Positions 28,557 through 37,435 of a stretch of DNA of 64,000 nucleotides are shown in pieces. The position numbers and the translations under genes are program-made. Origin of the DNA: Candidatus Methylacidiphilales bacterium. Lineage in GTDB: Bacteria; Verrucomicrobiota; Verrucomicrobiia; Methylacidiphilales; UBA1321. The notes below the pieces were generated by a model. That model ran no database searches. It worked only from the letters and a program-made list of their open reading frames with translations, and had not been told where the DNA came from. Numbering within the stretch: the first letter of the stretch is position 1; the number at the start of each line of letters is the position of its first letter. The stretch is taken from assembly GCA_965226715.1 (NCBI GenBank), contig CBDDEB010000004.1, positions 1,098,761 through 1,162,760 of the forward strand, given 5' to 3'.

Positions 28557-30122
28557 ATGAAACGAAACGAAATGTTGCAGCGGGTCCGGGAACGGATCGA
28601 ACCTTGGGATATTATAATTGTCGGCGGTGGCGCCACCGGCGCCGGCGTGGCCGTGGATGCGGCCACCCGCGGCTATGCCACGTTGCTGCTGGAACAACAC
28701 GACTTTGGCAAAGGCACTTCCAGCCGGAGCACCAAGCTGGTCCACGGCGGCGTCCGCTACCTCGAACAGGGCAACGTTTCCCTGGTGATGGAAGCGCTGA
28801 AGGAGCGGGGCCTTTTGCGTCAGAACGCGCCGCACCTCGTCAGTGAGCTCCCTTTCATTGTTCCCAGCTACGCCTGGTGGGAAGGCCCTTTCTACGGGAT
28901 CGGCCTTAAGGTTTATCAAGTCCTCTCCGGCAAATATGGTTTCGGCGCGTCAAAACTCATCTCCAAAGAGGAGACCCTCAAGCGCCTGCCCAACGTCAAC
29001 CCCGACGGACTCACCGGGGGCGTGGTTTACTATGACGGCCAGTTCGACGACACGCGCCTCCTCATCAATCTGCTCTCCACCGCGGCCGAGCAAGGCGCCA
29101 CGCTGCTCAACTATGCCAAGGTCACCGCCCTGCGCAAAGGCGATGACGGCATCGTCAGCGGCGTCTCGTGGCAGAATGGGGAAACGGGAGAATCTTTTGA
29201 AGCCCGGGCGAGAGTCGTTGTCAACGCAACCGGCCCGTTCACCGATGCCGTGCGGCATATGGCCGAGCCGGATGCCCAAAAAATGATCGCCCCCAGCCAG
29301 GGTGCTCACCTCGTGCTGGACCGTTCGTTCCTCCCCGGCGACACCGCCATCATGGTGCCACACACCAGCGACGGACGCGTCATGTTCGCCATTCCGTGGC
29401 ACGGCCACACTCTCGTCGGCACCACCGACACGCCGATGAAACAGGCGCCGCTCGAGCCGGTCGCGCTCGACCAGGAAATCGAGTTCATGCTCGAAACCGC
29501 CGCCCTTTACCTCGAAAAGAAGCCGTCACGCGCCGACATCCTCAGCGTCTTCGCCGGGATTCGTCCGCTCGCCAAGTCGGGCGAGGGCACCAACACCGCG
29601 GCGCTGTCACGCGATCACACCATTCACATCGACAAGAGCGGCCTGCTCAGCATCGCCGGCGGCAAGTGGACGACCTACCGCAACATGGCGCAAGATTGCG
29701 TCGATCAGGCCGCCACGCTGGCCGACCTCCCGGACAAGGCATGCGTGACGCGAACCCTGAATATCCACGGCTACCATCCCAATGCGTCGAACTTCGGTCC
29801 CCTGGCCTTCTATGGCACCGACGCCCTGGCCATCCGGGAACTCATCAGCGCCGACCCCACCCTCGGGCAGGCGCTCGATGCCGAGCTGCCTTATGTCGCC
29901 GCCGAGGTCGTCTGGGCCGCGCGCGAGGAAATGGCCCGGACGGTCGAAGACGTTCTTGCCCGCCGCACGCGGGCTTTGTTCCTCAACGCCAGGGCCGCCA
30001 TCCGCATGGCGCCGCGGGTCGCCGCCCTCCTCGCCCAGGAACTCGGCCACGACAAAACGTGGCAGGTCGATCAGGTCGAAAAGTTCGGGCAAACGGCCGC
30101 TGGCTATCTGGTCAAAGCCTAA
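28557..30122 (+). CDS. glpD: FAD-dependent glycerol-3-phosphate dehydrogenase
   Basis: Motifs IVGGGATG, GTSSRSTKLVHGGVRYL, DGQFDD and GGKWTTYR. Start at ATG 28557. Confidence 0.93.
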   Translation: MKRNEMLQRVRERIEPWDIIIVGGGATGAGVAVDAATRGYATLLLEQHDFGKGTSSRSTKLVHGGVRYLEQGNVSLVMEALKERGLLRQNAPHLVSELPFIVPSYAWWEGPFYGIGLKVYQVLSGKYGFGASKLISKEETLKRLPNVNPDGLTGGVVYYDGQFDDTRLLINLLSTAAEQGATLLNYAKVTALRKGDDGIVSGVSWQNGETGESFEARARVVVNATGPFTDAVRHMAEPDAQKMIAPSQGAHLVLDRSFLPGDTAIMVPHTSDGRVMFAIPWHGHTLVGTTDTPMKQAPLEPVALDQEIEFMLETAALYLEKKPSRADILSVFAGIRPLAKSGEGTNTAALSRDHTIHIDKSGLLSIAGGKWTTYRNMAQDCVDQAATLADLPDKACVTRTLNIHGYHPNASNFGPLAFYGTDALAIRELISADPTLGQALDAELPYVAAEVVWAAREEMARTVEDVLARRTRALFLNARAAIRMAPRVAALLAQELGHDKTWQVDQVEKFGQTAAGYLVKA

Positions 30123-30136
30123 ACGTCCGAATCTCC

Positions 30137-30169
30137 CCCTCGTTCCCAAGTTGTACTTGGGAACGAGGG
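30137..30169. repeat. REP-like palindrome, family B (solo hairpin)
   Basis: CCCTCGTTCCCAAGT-TGT-ACTTGGGAACGAGGG has 15-bp arms and lies between convergent glpD and SUI1. Same family as 62291-62436. Confidence 0.85.
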
Positions 30170-30178
30170 AAAAAACAC

Positions 30179-30637
30179 TTATCCCTTCACCCCATCGACA
30201 CGAAAACCAAGTTCTTCCAGCAGGACATTCACGGCCGCGCAGCGGTCGCCCTGCAACACGATTTCCTGGCGGTCAAACGAGCCGCCGCAACCCAGCTTGC
30301 CTTTCAACTCCTTGGCCAGATTGGCGATCATGACCGAGTTCGCGCCCGGCAACTCCGCAAATCCGGAAATGACCACGACGATCTTGCCGCCGCGATCTTT
30401 CGTCTCCCGGCGCAAAACCAGGCGCCCCCGCGATTTTTTCGGGATCACGGGCTTGGGCGCTTTTGCCGGCTTAACCGGCTCGGACGCGCGGGCAGGCCTT
30501 TCCGGTTTCGGCTCGGAAATTGGGGGGATATTTTTTAGCGCGTCCAACTCCCCAAGCATGGCGAACGGATTGTGCTGCAGCGGCGCCGCCGGACGCGACA
30601 CGTCGACCTTTTTGTGGGATTCCTTGGGTCGGCTCAT
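30179..30637 (-). CDS. Translation initiation factor SUI1 (YciH-like)
   Basis: Motifs RRETKDRGGK.V, LAKELKGKLGCGGS and IVLQGD. Confidence 0.88.
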   Translation of the reverse strand: MSRPKESHKKVDVSRPAAPLQHNPFAMLGELDALKNIPPISEPKPERPARASEPVKPAKAPKPVIPKKSRGRLVLRRETKDRGGKIVVVISGFAELPGANSVMIANLAKELKGKLGCGGSFDRQEIVLQGDRCAAVNVLLEELGFRVDGVKG

Positions 30638-30649
30638 GGCCGGAAAATG

Positions 30650-31549
30650 TTAGACGATGTAGGAACCGAAGGCCTTGCGGCGTTCGTGGATTTCAGCCTC
30701 ACTCAATTTTTCGAGGCGGCGCAGGCTGAACTCCTCGCAGCAGAATGAGGCGACCAGCGTGCCCTGGATGATGGCTTCCTTCAAGTTCGTGAACGAGATA
30801 TCGTCGGTGCGCGCGAGGTGCCCGATGAAGCCGCCCGCAAAGCAATCGCCCGCGCCGGTCGGATCGTGGATGTCCTCCAGCGGAAACGCGCCCGTGCTGA
30901 AAAACTCGCCGTTGCGGCCGAAGAGAAGACAGCCATGCTCGCCCTTTTTCACCGCGACGTAACGCGGTCCCAGCGCGACAATTTTCTTCCCCGCGCGAAT
31001 GAGATTCTCCTCCTCGACCAGCTGCTTCGCTTCGCTGTCGTTGAGGATGAGCATGTCGACTTCCTTCAGCAGTTCGAGCAGGTCGGCGCGCGCCATGCCG
31101 ATCCAGAGATCCATCGTGTCGGCCACGACGAACTTCGGCTTGCGAATCTGTTTGCAAACCATGCGCTGCAACGACGGTGCGATGTTGCCGAGCAGGACGT
31201 AGGGCGTCTCACGATAGCTTTCCGGCAGCTTCGGCTCGAATTTCTCGAACACGTTCAACGCGACCGAAAGGGTCTTGCGGTTGTTCATGTTTTGTTCGTA
31301 CTCGCCCGACCAGCAAAAGGTTTCGCCCGCGGCGACCTCGAGTCCGGTCAAATCGATCTTGCGGCCCGCGAAGAGCTGCTTGTGCTGGGGCGGAAAATCG
31401 TCGCCCACCACGCCGACCAGGTTGACCGGGCCGAAAAAGCTGGCCGCGACGGCGGCATAGGAAGCCGAGCCGCCCAGCAGGTGGTGATGCTCCGCCGTGG
31501 GAGTCTTGATGTGATCGAGCGCGATGGAACCGACAACGAGTACGGGCAT
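30650..31549 (-). CDS. PfkB/ribokinase-family kinase
   Basis: Motifs VVGSIALD, LGGSASY, LNDSEA and DPTGAGDCFAGG. Start at ATG 31549. Confidence 0.88.
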   Translation of the reverse strand: MPVLVVGSIALDHIKTPTAEHHHLLGGSASYAAVAASFFGPVNLVGVVGDDFPPQHKQLFAGRKIDLTGLEVAAGETFCWSGEYEQNMNNRKTLSVALNVFEKFEPKLPESYRETPYVLLGNIAPSLQRMVCKQIRKPKFVVADTMDLWIGMARADLLELLKEVDMLILNDSEAKQLVEEENLIRAGKKIVALGPRYVAVKKGEHGCLLFGRNGEFFSTGAFPLEDIHDPTGAGDCFAGGFIGHLARTDDISFTNLKEAIIQGTLVASFCCEEFSLRRLEKLSEAEIHERRKAFGSYIV

Positions 31550-31593
31550 CGGACAAGTAAGAAGGAAGAAGGTGGAAGTGAGAAGGATGAAAT

Positions 31594-32250
31594 TCAACCC
31601 AGCCACGCCCTCACCCGCCGGCAATACTCGGGAATATCCGCGCTTTGCAGCAGAGCCGAAACGATAACCACGCGTTCCGCACCGGCGGCGACGACTTCGG
31701 GCAGCGTCTGCTCGTTGATCCCACCGATGCAAAACTGGGGCACACGCACGGCGGCCCGGACCTGGCCGATAAGCGCGGGGCCGACCGGCATGTAATCGGG
31801 CTTGGTGAGCGTGGCGTAAATTGGGCCGACGCCGATGTAATCGGCGCCTTCTTTTTCGGCGGCGATGGCCTGTTCAAGACTATGGGTCGATTTGCCCACG
31901 ATGACTCCGGTTCCGGCCTGCGCGCGGGCCTCGGCCACGGAAAGATCGTCCTGGCCGACATGAATTCCGTCCGCGCCGATCTCGGGCACGAGTTCGGGAT
32001 GATCATTGAGAATGAAAAGCACACGTGCTTCGCGGCCTTCGGAAGGAATGATCGCACGCATTTTTTTGCCCAGCTCGGCAATGGTCGCCAACGGCACCTT
32101 TTTCGCCCTGAGCTGAATCAGATCGACGCCACCGAGGACGAGCTGTTCCGTGACGTGCGACACTTGCGCGGGCTCCACATAACCGGTATCAACAATGGCG
32201 TAGAGGCGCGCACGGGCGAGTCGATCAAGTCGTTGTTTGAGGATGGTCAT
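31594..32250 (-). CDS. thiE: Thiamine phosphate synthase
   Basis: Motifs QLRAK, ILND, GIHVGQDD, GKSTH, GPIYATLTK and IGGI. Confidence 0.93.
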   Translation of the reverse strand: MTILKQRLDRLARARLYAIVDTGYVEPAQVSHVTEQLVLGGVDLIQLRAKKVPLATIAELGKKMRAIIPSEGREARVLFILNDHPELVPEIGADGIHVGQDDLSVAEARAQAGTGVIVGKSTHSLEQAIAAEKEGADYIGVGPIYATLTKPDYMPVGPALIGQVRAAVRVPQFCIGGINEQTLPEVVAAGAERVVIVSALLQSADIPEYCRRVRAWLG

Positions 32251-32257
32251 GGTTAGT

Positions 32258-32320
32258 TGTAGCAGTCTCTGACCGTGGTGCTTTTTCCTTGCGCCTCGGC
32301 GGTCATAGACCGCCCCTACA
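32258..32320. repeat. GTAG-type REP doublet, family E
   Basis: 32298-32320 reads TGTAGGGGCGGTCTATGACCGCC on the minus strand. A degenerate inverted partner TGTAGCAGTCTCTGACCG starts at 32258. Confidence 0.6.
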
Positions 32321-32325
32321 GGAAA

Positions 32326-33699
32326 TTATTCCTCCCGCGGAGGCAGAAGCGAGGCGCGTTGCTTGATGAAGCCCTCAACGAAATGGGTGCTGTAACGGCC
32401 ACGGCGGAAATCGGGATCTTTCAGAATAAGCTGGCCGAACGGCACGGTCGTCTTGATGCCGCGAATGACGAACTCGTCCAGGGCGCGCGACATCCGGTCC
32501 ATCGCCGTGGCGCGGTCGCTGCCGAAGGCGATCAGCTTGCCGATCATCGAGTCGTAATAGGGCGGCACCGTGTACCCCGCGTAGACGTGGGAATCCCAGC
32601 GGATGCCGTGGCCTCCGGGAGCGTAGAAAAGCTCGATCCGGCCGGGGCTGGGCCGGAAATCGTTGAAGGGATCCTCGGCATTGATGCGCATCTCGATCGC
32701 GTGCTTTTGCGGCTGAAGATCATCGAAGTCCTTGCTCAGCTTCTCCCCAAACGCGATGCGGATTTGCTCCTTCACCAGGTCGACCCCGTAGACCTCCTCG
32801 GTCACCGGATGTTCAACCTGGATGCGCGTGTTCATCTCCATGAAATAAAAATTCTGTTTGTCATCGACCAGGAACTCGAGGGTCCCGGCGTTTTCATATT
32901 CGACCGCGTGGGCCAGCTTGATCGCGGCCCGGCCCATCGCCTTGCGCACGGCCGGCGTGATGAAGGGAGACGGCGCTTCCTCGAGCAGTTTCTGGTTGCG
33001 GCGCTGGATTGAGCAATCCCGCTCGCCAATATGGACGATTTTTCCGTATTTGTCGGCCAGGATCTGGAACTCGATGTGGTGCGGATTTTCAATCAGCTTT
33101 TCCAGATAAAGAGCGCCGTTGTTGAAGGCCTTTTCCGCCTCCATCTTGGCCGAATTATAACCCTGGACGAGGCTGACATCGTTATGCGCCTGCCGCATGC
33201 CGCGTCCGCCCCCGCCCGCGACCGCCTTGATCATGATCGGATAGCCGATCTGCTTTGCGACCTTCAGCGCCTCCTGGTCGCTTTCCACGATGCCATTGCT
33301 ACCCGGCGTGATCGGCACGCCGGCCTTGCGGGCTGTTTCCCGCGCGACCGCCTTGTCACCCATCTTGCGAATGGCTTCAGGCTTCGGCCCAATGAACTTG
33401 ATGTTGCAGCTTTCGCAAACCTCGGCGAAATGGGCGTTCTCGGCGAGAAAGCCATAACCAGGATGGATGGCATCGACGTCGCCGATTTCCGCAGCGCTAA
33501 TAATGCGATCGATTTTTAAGTAACTCTCCTGACTCGAGGCTTTACCGATACAGATCGCCTCGTCCGCCAGCTGAACATGGAGCGAATCGACATCAGCCGT
33601 CGAATAGACAGCCAGCGTTTTGATCCCCAGTTCCTTGCAGGCGCGGATTATGCGCAGGGCAATCTCACCGCGATTGGCGATAAGGATTTTATCAAACAT
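32326..33699 (-). CDS. accC: Acetyl-CoA carboxylase biotin carboxylase
   Basis: Motifs [27 protein letters not shown] and [10 protein letters not shown]. Confidence 0.97.
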   Translation of the reverse strand: MFDKILIANRGEIALRIIRACKELGIKTLAVYSTADVDSLHVQLADEAICIGKASSQESYLKIDRIISAAEIGDVDAIHPGYGFLAENAHFAEVCESCNIKFIGPKPEAIRKMGDKAVARETARKAGVPITPGSNGIVESDQEALKVAKQIGYPIMIKAVAGGGGRGMRQAHNDVSLVQGYNSAKMEAEKAFNNGALYLEKLIENPHHIEFQILADKYGKIVHIGERDCSIQRRNQKLLEEAPSPFITPAVRKAMGRAAIKLAHAVEYENAGTLEFLVDDKQNFYFMEMNTRIQVEHPVTEEVYGVDLVKEQIRIAFGEKLSKDFDDLQPQKHAIEMRINAEDPFNDFRPSPGRIELFYAPGGHGIRWDSHVYAGYTVPPYYDSMIGKLIAFGSDRATAMDRMSRALDEFVIRGIKTTVPFGQLILKDPDFRRGRYSTHFVEGFIKQRASLLPPREE

Positions 33700-33745
33700 G
33701 GATCACGCGAAAATTTGCTTGGGTTAACGGGAGGCGCCAGAGCCA

Positions 33746-34252
33746 TCAGGCTGGGCGGACGGCGAAGAGAGGTTTGCCAAATTCGACGGGCTTTCCATTT
33801 TGGGCCAGGACCTCAACGATAACCCCGCGCGTTTCAGCTTTGATTTCATTCATGACCTTCATCGCTTCGATGATACAGACCACCGTATCTTCCTGCACCT
33901 CCTGACCTACGCTGACATAAGGAGGCGAGTCGGGCGATGGAGAGAGATAAAACGTGCCGACCATGGGCGAAACAATTTGCGGATGCGTACTGGCTGCAGG
34001 TTCGACCGCCGTTGGGACCGCAACGGACGCAACGGGGACGGCGGCAACCGCGGCTGGGGCGGGCGAGAAAGCGGCGACGGGCGCATGGTGATGAACGACC
34101 TGCGGCCCCGAGGCTGGCGTGGAAGTGGTCGACCATTCGCCGCCCGGGCCACGCTTGACCCGGAGTTTGAAGTCGCCCTTTTCGAGCTCGAATTCGGAGA
34201 GGCCATTCTTCGTCATCAGGTCGATGACCAGCTTGATTTCCTTGAGGTCCAT
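33746..34252 (-). CDS. accB: Biotin carboxyl carrier protein
   Basis: SPMVGTFY and EAMKVMNEI (biotinyl-Lys), with an Ala/Pro linker. Confidence 0.96.
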   Translation of the reverse strand: MDLKEIKLVIDLMTKNGLSEFELEKGDFKLRVKRGPGGEWSTTSTPASGPQVVHHHAPVAAFSPAPAAVAAVPVASVAVPTAVEPAASTHPQIVSPMVGTFYLSPSPDSPPYVSVGQEVQEDTVVCIIEAMKVMNEIKAETRGVIVEVLAQNGKPVEFGKPLFAVRPA

Positions 34253-34326
34253 AGGGTGTAGGATGATTGTGGCAATTACGCGAAAGCCTGTTTTTAGTCG
34301 CGGAAGTTAGGTTGGTCAAAGGATTT

Positions 34327-34346
34327 TAGCTTTAAGCTTAAAGTTA
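34327..34346. promoter_or_regulatory. Palindromic candidate operator upstream of accB
   Basis: TAGCTTTAAGCTTAAAGTTA contains a perfect 14-bp core, CTTTAAGCTTAAAG (34330-34343), in an AT-rich patch. Confidence 0.4.
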
Positions 34347-34413
34347 TAGACGTTTAGGTGGAGCATACCTCTCGTTGGGGATTCCAGCCTTGCTTGGAGC
34401 GTTATTCCACTGC

Positions 34414-35268
34414 CTATTGCTCTGCCATTTTTGAACTATTTTCAGGAGGCGCAGCCTTCACTGCATTCCAGGCGGCATCGAGTTCCTCGAGCTTGCAATC
34501 GGTCAGAGCCTTGCCCTGGGCCTTGATCCGGGCTTCCACAGCGCGAAAACGGCGGGCGAATTTGTCATTGGCACCCGTCAAAAGCTCCTCGGCATCGAGC
34601 TTGAGATGGCGGGTCAGGTTGACGATGGAGAAAAGAAGATCGCCGATTTCCTCGGCCGTTTCGGGCGCGGGACTGAACTTGGTTTCACCGGCATGAGCCA
34701 AAGCAAGATCGGATTCGATTTCCGCCGTCACCTCGGCCACCTCCTCGCGCACCTTGTCGAGGGCGCCCCGGACGTCGGGCCAGTCGAAACCGACCTGCCT
34801 CGCCTTCTTTTGCAAAGCCTCGGCGCGCATCAGGGCCGGAAGGGCGCGGGGCACGCCCTCGAGCGCGCTTTCGCGCTCCGGTTTCTCCGCTTTCTTGAGC
34901 TGATGCCATTGCGCCACCACGCCGGCCGAGTCGGCCACTTTTCGGTCTCCAAAAACATGCGGGTGACGCCGGATCAACTTCTCGGCGATTCCGTTGGCCA
35001 CGTCGGCGAAGGCGAACTGCCCCGCCTCGCGCGCGATCTGGGCCTGAAAAACGATATGGAGCAGCAAGTCGCCCAGTTCCTCGGTCAGGTCGGCGGGCGA
35101 GCCGGTATCGATGGCCTCGATGACTTCATAGCATTCCTCCAGCAGCTGCGGCTTGAGCGTCGCGGCAGTCTGCTCCCGGTCCCAGGCGCAGCCGTCGGGC
35201 GCGCGCAGACGTGCCATGATCTCAAGCAACCGGTCCATGGCCTGGGCCCCTGGCGTCGGTTCGCTCAT
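34414..35268 (-). CDS. mazG: Nucleoside triphosphate pyrophosphohydrolase
   Basis: Motifs GCAWDREQT, EECYEV, EELGDLL, RRHPHVF, GFDW and EEIGDLLF. Confidence 0.94.
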   Translation of the reverse strand: MSEPTPGAQAMDRLLEIMARLRAPDGCAWDREQTAATLKPQLLEECYEVIEAIDTGSPADLTEELGDLLLHIVFQAQIAREAGQFAFADVANGIAEKLIRRHPHVFGDRKVADSAGVVAQWHQLKKAEKPERESALEGVPRALPALMRAEALQKKARQVGFDWPDVRGALDKVREEVAEVTAEIESDLALAHAGETKFSPAPETAEEIGDLLFSIVNLTRHLKLDAEELLTGANDKFARRFRAVEARIKAQGKALTDCKLEELDAAWNAVKAAPPENSSKMAEQ

Positions 35269-36491
35269 GGCAACCTCAGGAGCTGAATTCGCGAGGGATC
35301 GTCGGTGCCGAGCTGGTAACCCGTGGAGCTATGAATATGACTGGCCGTTTTTCCGATCGGATCGATCTTGCCCTGCCGGTCGGAGGCGCGCCATTGCTCC
35401 AGCCGTTTGAGCACCAGCGAATCGATGGCGACGGGGTCGCGGCTGACATAGATCGCCCCGATTGACTTAGTGAACTGGGGATCAAAGCGCGGACCTCCCG
35501 CGTATTCGGCGATGAGAGCGTCGAGGATATGCACAACCACCTTGCGGCGAATGATGTCCTTGCTTAAAATTTCGCAGATGGCGGGATCGCCATAAGTTGG
35601 ATCGCCCTGAAACCGCCGATTGTTATCGACGCAGGCCAGGGCGAGGCTGCCGAGGCAGCCGTTGATGCCGATATAGGAATTGTCGGTCAGAACCGGGACG
35701 TTGACGATCTTGGTACAGAGGGTCGTCACCAGCCGCGCGTAGTACGATTTGTTGCTGGTCTGCGGCGCCGATGCTGTGGTCAACGCGTTGTCTGCGCTGG
35801 TCGCGCCATCGTTGCTGTCACCAAACCCCTTGTTCTTGACCGCCTCGCTGGCGGCCTCCTCAAGGTCGTCCTCGTCATCGTGGCGAATGAACTCGGAATC
35901 GCCCCAGATCAGCGTCCCCAGGATTCCGTTTTTATAAATGGCATTCGGATCGTAGCCGGTTCCCGGAAAAATGGAGGCGATCCCAACGTGCGAGTCGGTG
36001 GCGGGCGTGGGCGCATAACCAGCGCTCCGCATATCGGAGGCATCCTTGTCCCAGATGATGATGTGGGGCGGCGGAACTCCCGCTTCCTGCAAGCCGTCGC
36101 AAATGGCCTGGACGATGGCGCGATGTGTCGAAAGCAACGGCCCGCCCATGGTGGTGATCTTGATGCCCACCACGTCGTGCGGGGTGATGCCGAGTCGTGT
36201 CCAGGCCGTGCCGAGATCGGATGCGCTGGTCAACTTGAGCAGCGCGTTGTTCACCATTTCTCGGACCCTTACGCCATTGACATTGAAACGCTGCACCACA
36301 TCCGAATTCTCCGTCCAGATGACCGGTGAAAGTGTCCGCGGGGGCGGGGTGGGCGTCGGCGCAACCGAAGGCGCCGGGGGCGGATTTGCCAGACCGGACG
36401 GCACCGTATCCTGGGCGCACACCCCGGCGGCCACGGCCATAAAAGAGCCTCCCATCAACGCCAGGAGCTGGTTTCGTTTACGACCGGTCAT
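35265..36491 (-). CDS. DUF362-like exported protein
   Basis: DVVGIK..., IIIWD, KIVNVPVL and SRDPVAIDS match the DUF362 layout. Signal peptide and Pro-rich linker present. Confidence 0.7.
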   Translation of the reverse strand: MTGRKRNQLLALMGGSFMAVAAGVCAQDTVPSGLANPPPAPSVAPTPTPPPRTLSPVIWTENSDVVQRFNVNGVRVREMVNNALLKLTSASDLGTAWTRLGITPHDVVGIKITTMGGPLLSTHRAIVQAICDGLQEAGVPPPHIIIWDKDASDMRSAGYAPTPATDSHVGIASIFPGTGYDPNAIYKNGILGTLIWGDSEFIRHDDEDDLEEAASEAVKNKGFGDSNDGATSADNALTTASAPQTSNKSYYARLVTTLCTKIVNVPVLTDNSYIGINGCLGSLALACVDNNRRFQGDPTYGDPAICEILSKDIIRRKVVVHILDALIAEYAGGPRFDPQFTKSIGAIYVSRDPVAIDSLVLKRLEQWRASDRQGKIDPIGKTASHIHSSTGYQLGTDDPSRIQLLRLP

Positions 36492-36497
36492 CCGGGG

Positions 36498-36526
36498 AAA
36501 TTAGAGATAATCGTGGCAATAGGCGA
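36498..36526 (-). promoter_or_regulatory. Putative leaderless sigma70 promoter of the DUF362 gene
   Basis: TCGCCT-N17-TAATTT, 6 nt before the ATG. Confidence 0.45.
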
Positions 36527-36697
36527 GAGCGGCGTTACCCGCCCGACAGCGAAAGAGAGCAGGAAAGCCGCTGACCTCCGGCAAAGGCGGAATTTCAGGC
36601 GCCCGGCAACGATAGGAGCGCGGACCATCGCGGCCTTGCCCTCTTCCCAAAATCGGCCCAAAGTCGCTGATCCGATTCCGCGCGCCGGACATCACCT

Positions 36698-37423
36698 ATG
36701 CAGGATAACTTGGCATCACCTCTTGAACTTCAGGTTGTCATGCCGGTCTACAACGAACAGTGCAACATTGGGATCGTCATCGACCAATGGTGCGCCCAGC
36801 TCGACGCCTGCTCCGTCCGTTATTCGATCATGGCCCTCGACGACGGCTCGACCGACGGCACTGCGGCGGTTCTCCAATCGCTCCGGGAAAAATGGGGCCC
36901 AAAGCTCGAAGTGGTCGGGAAAAAGAATTCAGGACATGGTCCGACCATTCTCAAGGGCTATCAATTGGCGATCGAGCGGCAGGTGCCCTGGATTTTTCAA
37001 ATCGATTCGGACGGACAATGCGACCCGCGTTATTTTGCGCAGTTCTGGGAAGCGCGCGACGCTTATGACTTTATCGCCGGTTGCCGCACGCGCCGTGAAG
37101 ACGGCCTCGGCCGCGTGTTTATCAGCACCGTTTTGCGCGGGGTCATCCTTGCGATCTCCGGCGCGAATTGCCGCGACGCCAACGTCCCTTATCGTCTGAT
37201 GCGGACTGCCGCCATCGCGCCACTCGTGGAAAAAATCCCCTCCACCTGCTTTTTTACCAATGTGGGTCTTTCCGTTCTGGCCGTGCGCGCCCGGCTCCGA
37301 CTCGCCTTGATTCCCATTGTCTTTCGCGCCCGTTTGGGAGGAGAAACCACGGTCCCCTATCGCAAGATGGGAAAGCACGCCGTCAACCTCTATCGGAACT
37401 TGAAGGAAGTGCTGGAAAACTAG
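36698..37423 (+). CDS. GT2 glycosyltransferase (polyprenyl-phosphate sugar synthase, DPM1-like)
   Basis: Motifs VVMPVYNE, DDGSTDGT, NSGHG, QIDSDGQ and DAN. Confidence 0.88.
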   Translation: MQDNLASPLELQVVMPVYNEQCNIGIVIDQWCAQLDACSVRYSIMALDDGSTDGTAAVLQSLREKWGPKLEVVGKKNSGHGPTILKGYQLAIERQVPWIFQIDSDGQCDPRYFAQFWEARDAYDFIAGCRTRREDGLGRVFISTVLRGVILAISGANCRDANVPYRLMRTAAIAPLVEKIPSTCFFTNVGLSVLAVRARLRLALIPIVFRARLGGETTVPYRKMGKHAVNLYRNLKEVLEN

Positions 37424-37435
37424 AGTCTCATCACG

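Noticed and set aside
36492-36697. Possible riboswitch or ncRNA in larger intergenic gaps (also 13767-14062 and 53727-53832)
   Set aside because: No conserved riboswitch or tRNA motifs are recognisable by eye. An Rfam/Infernal scan would be needed.
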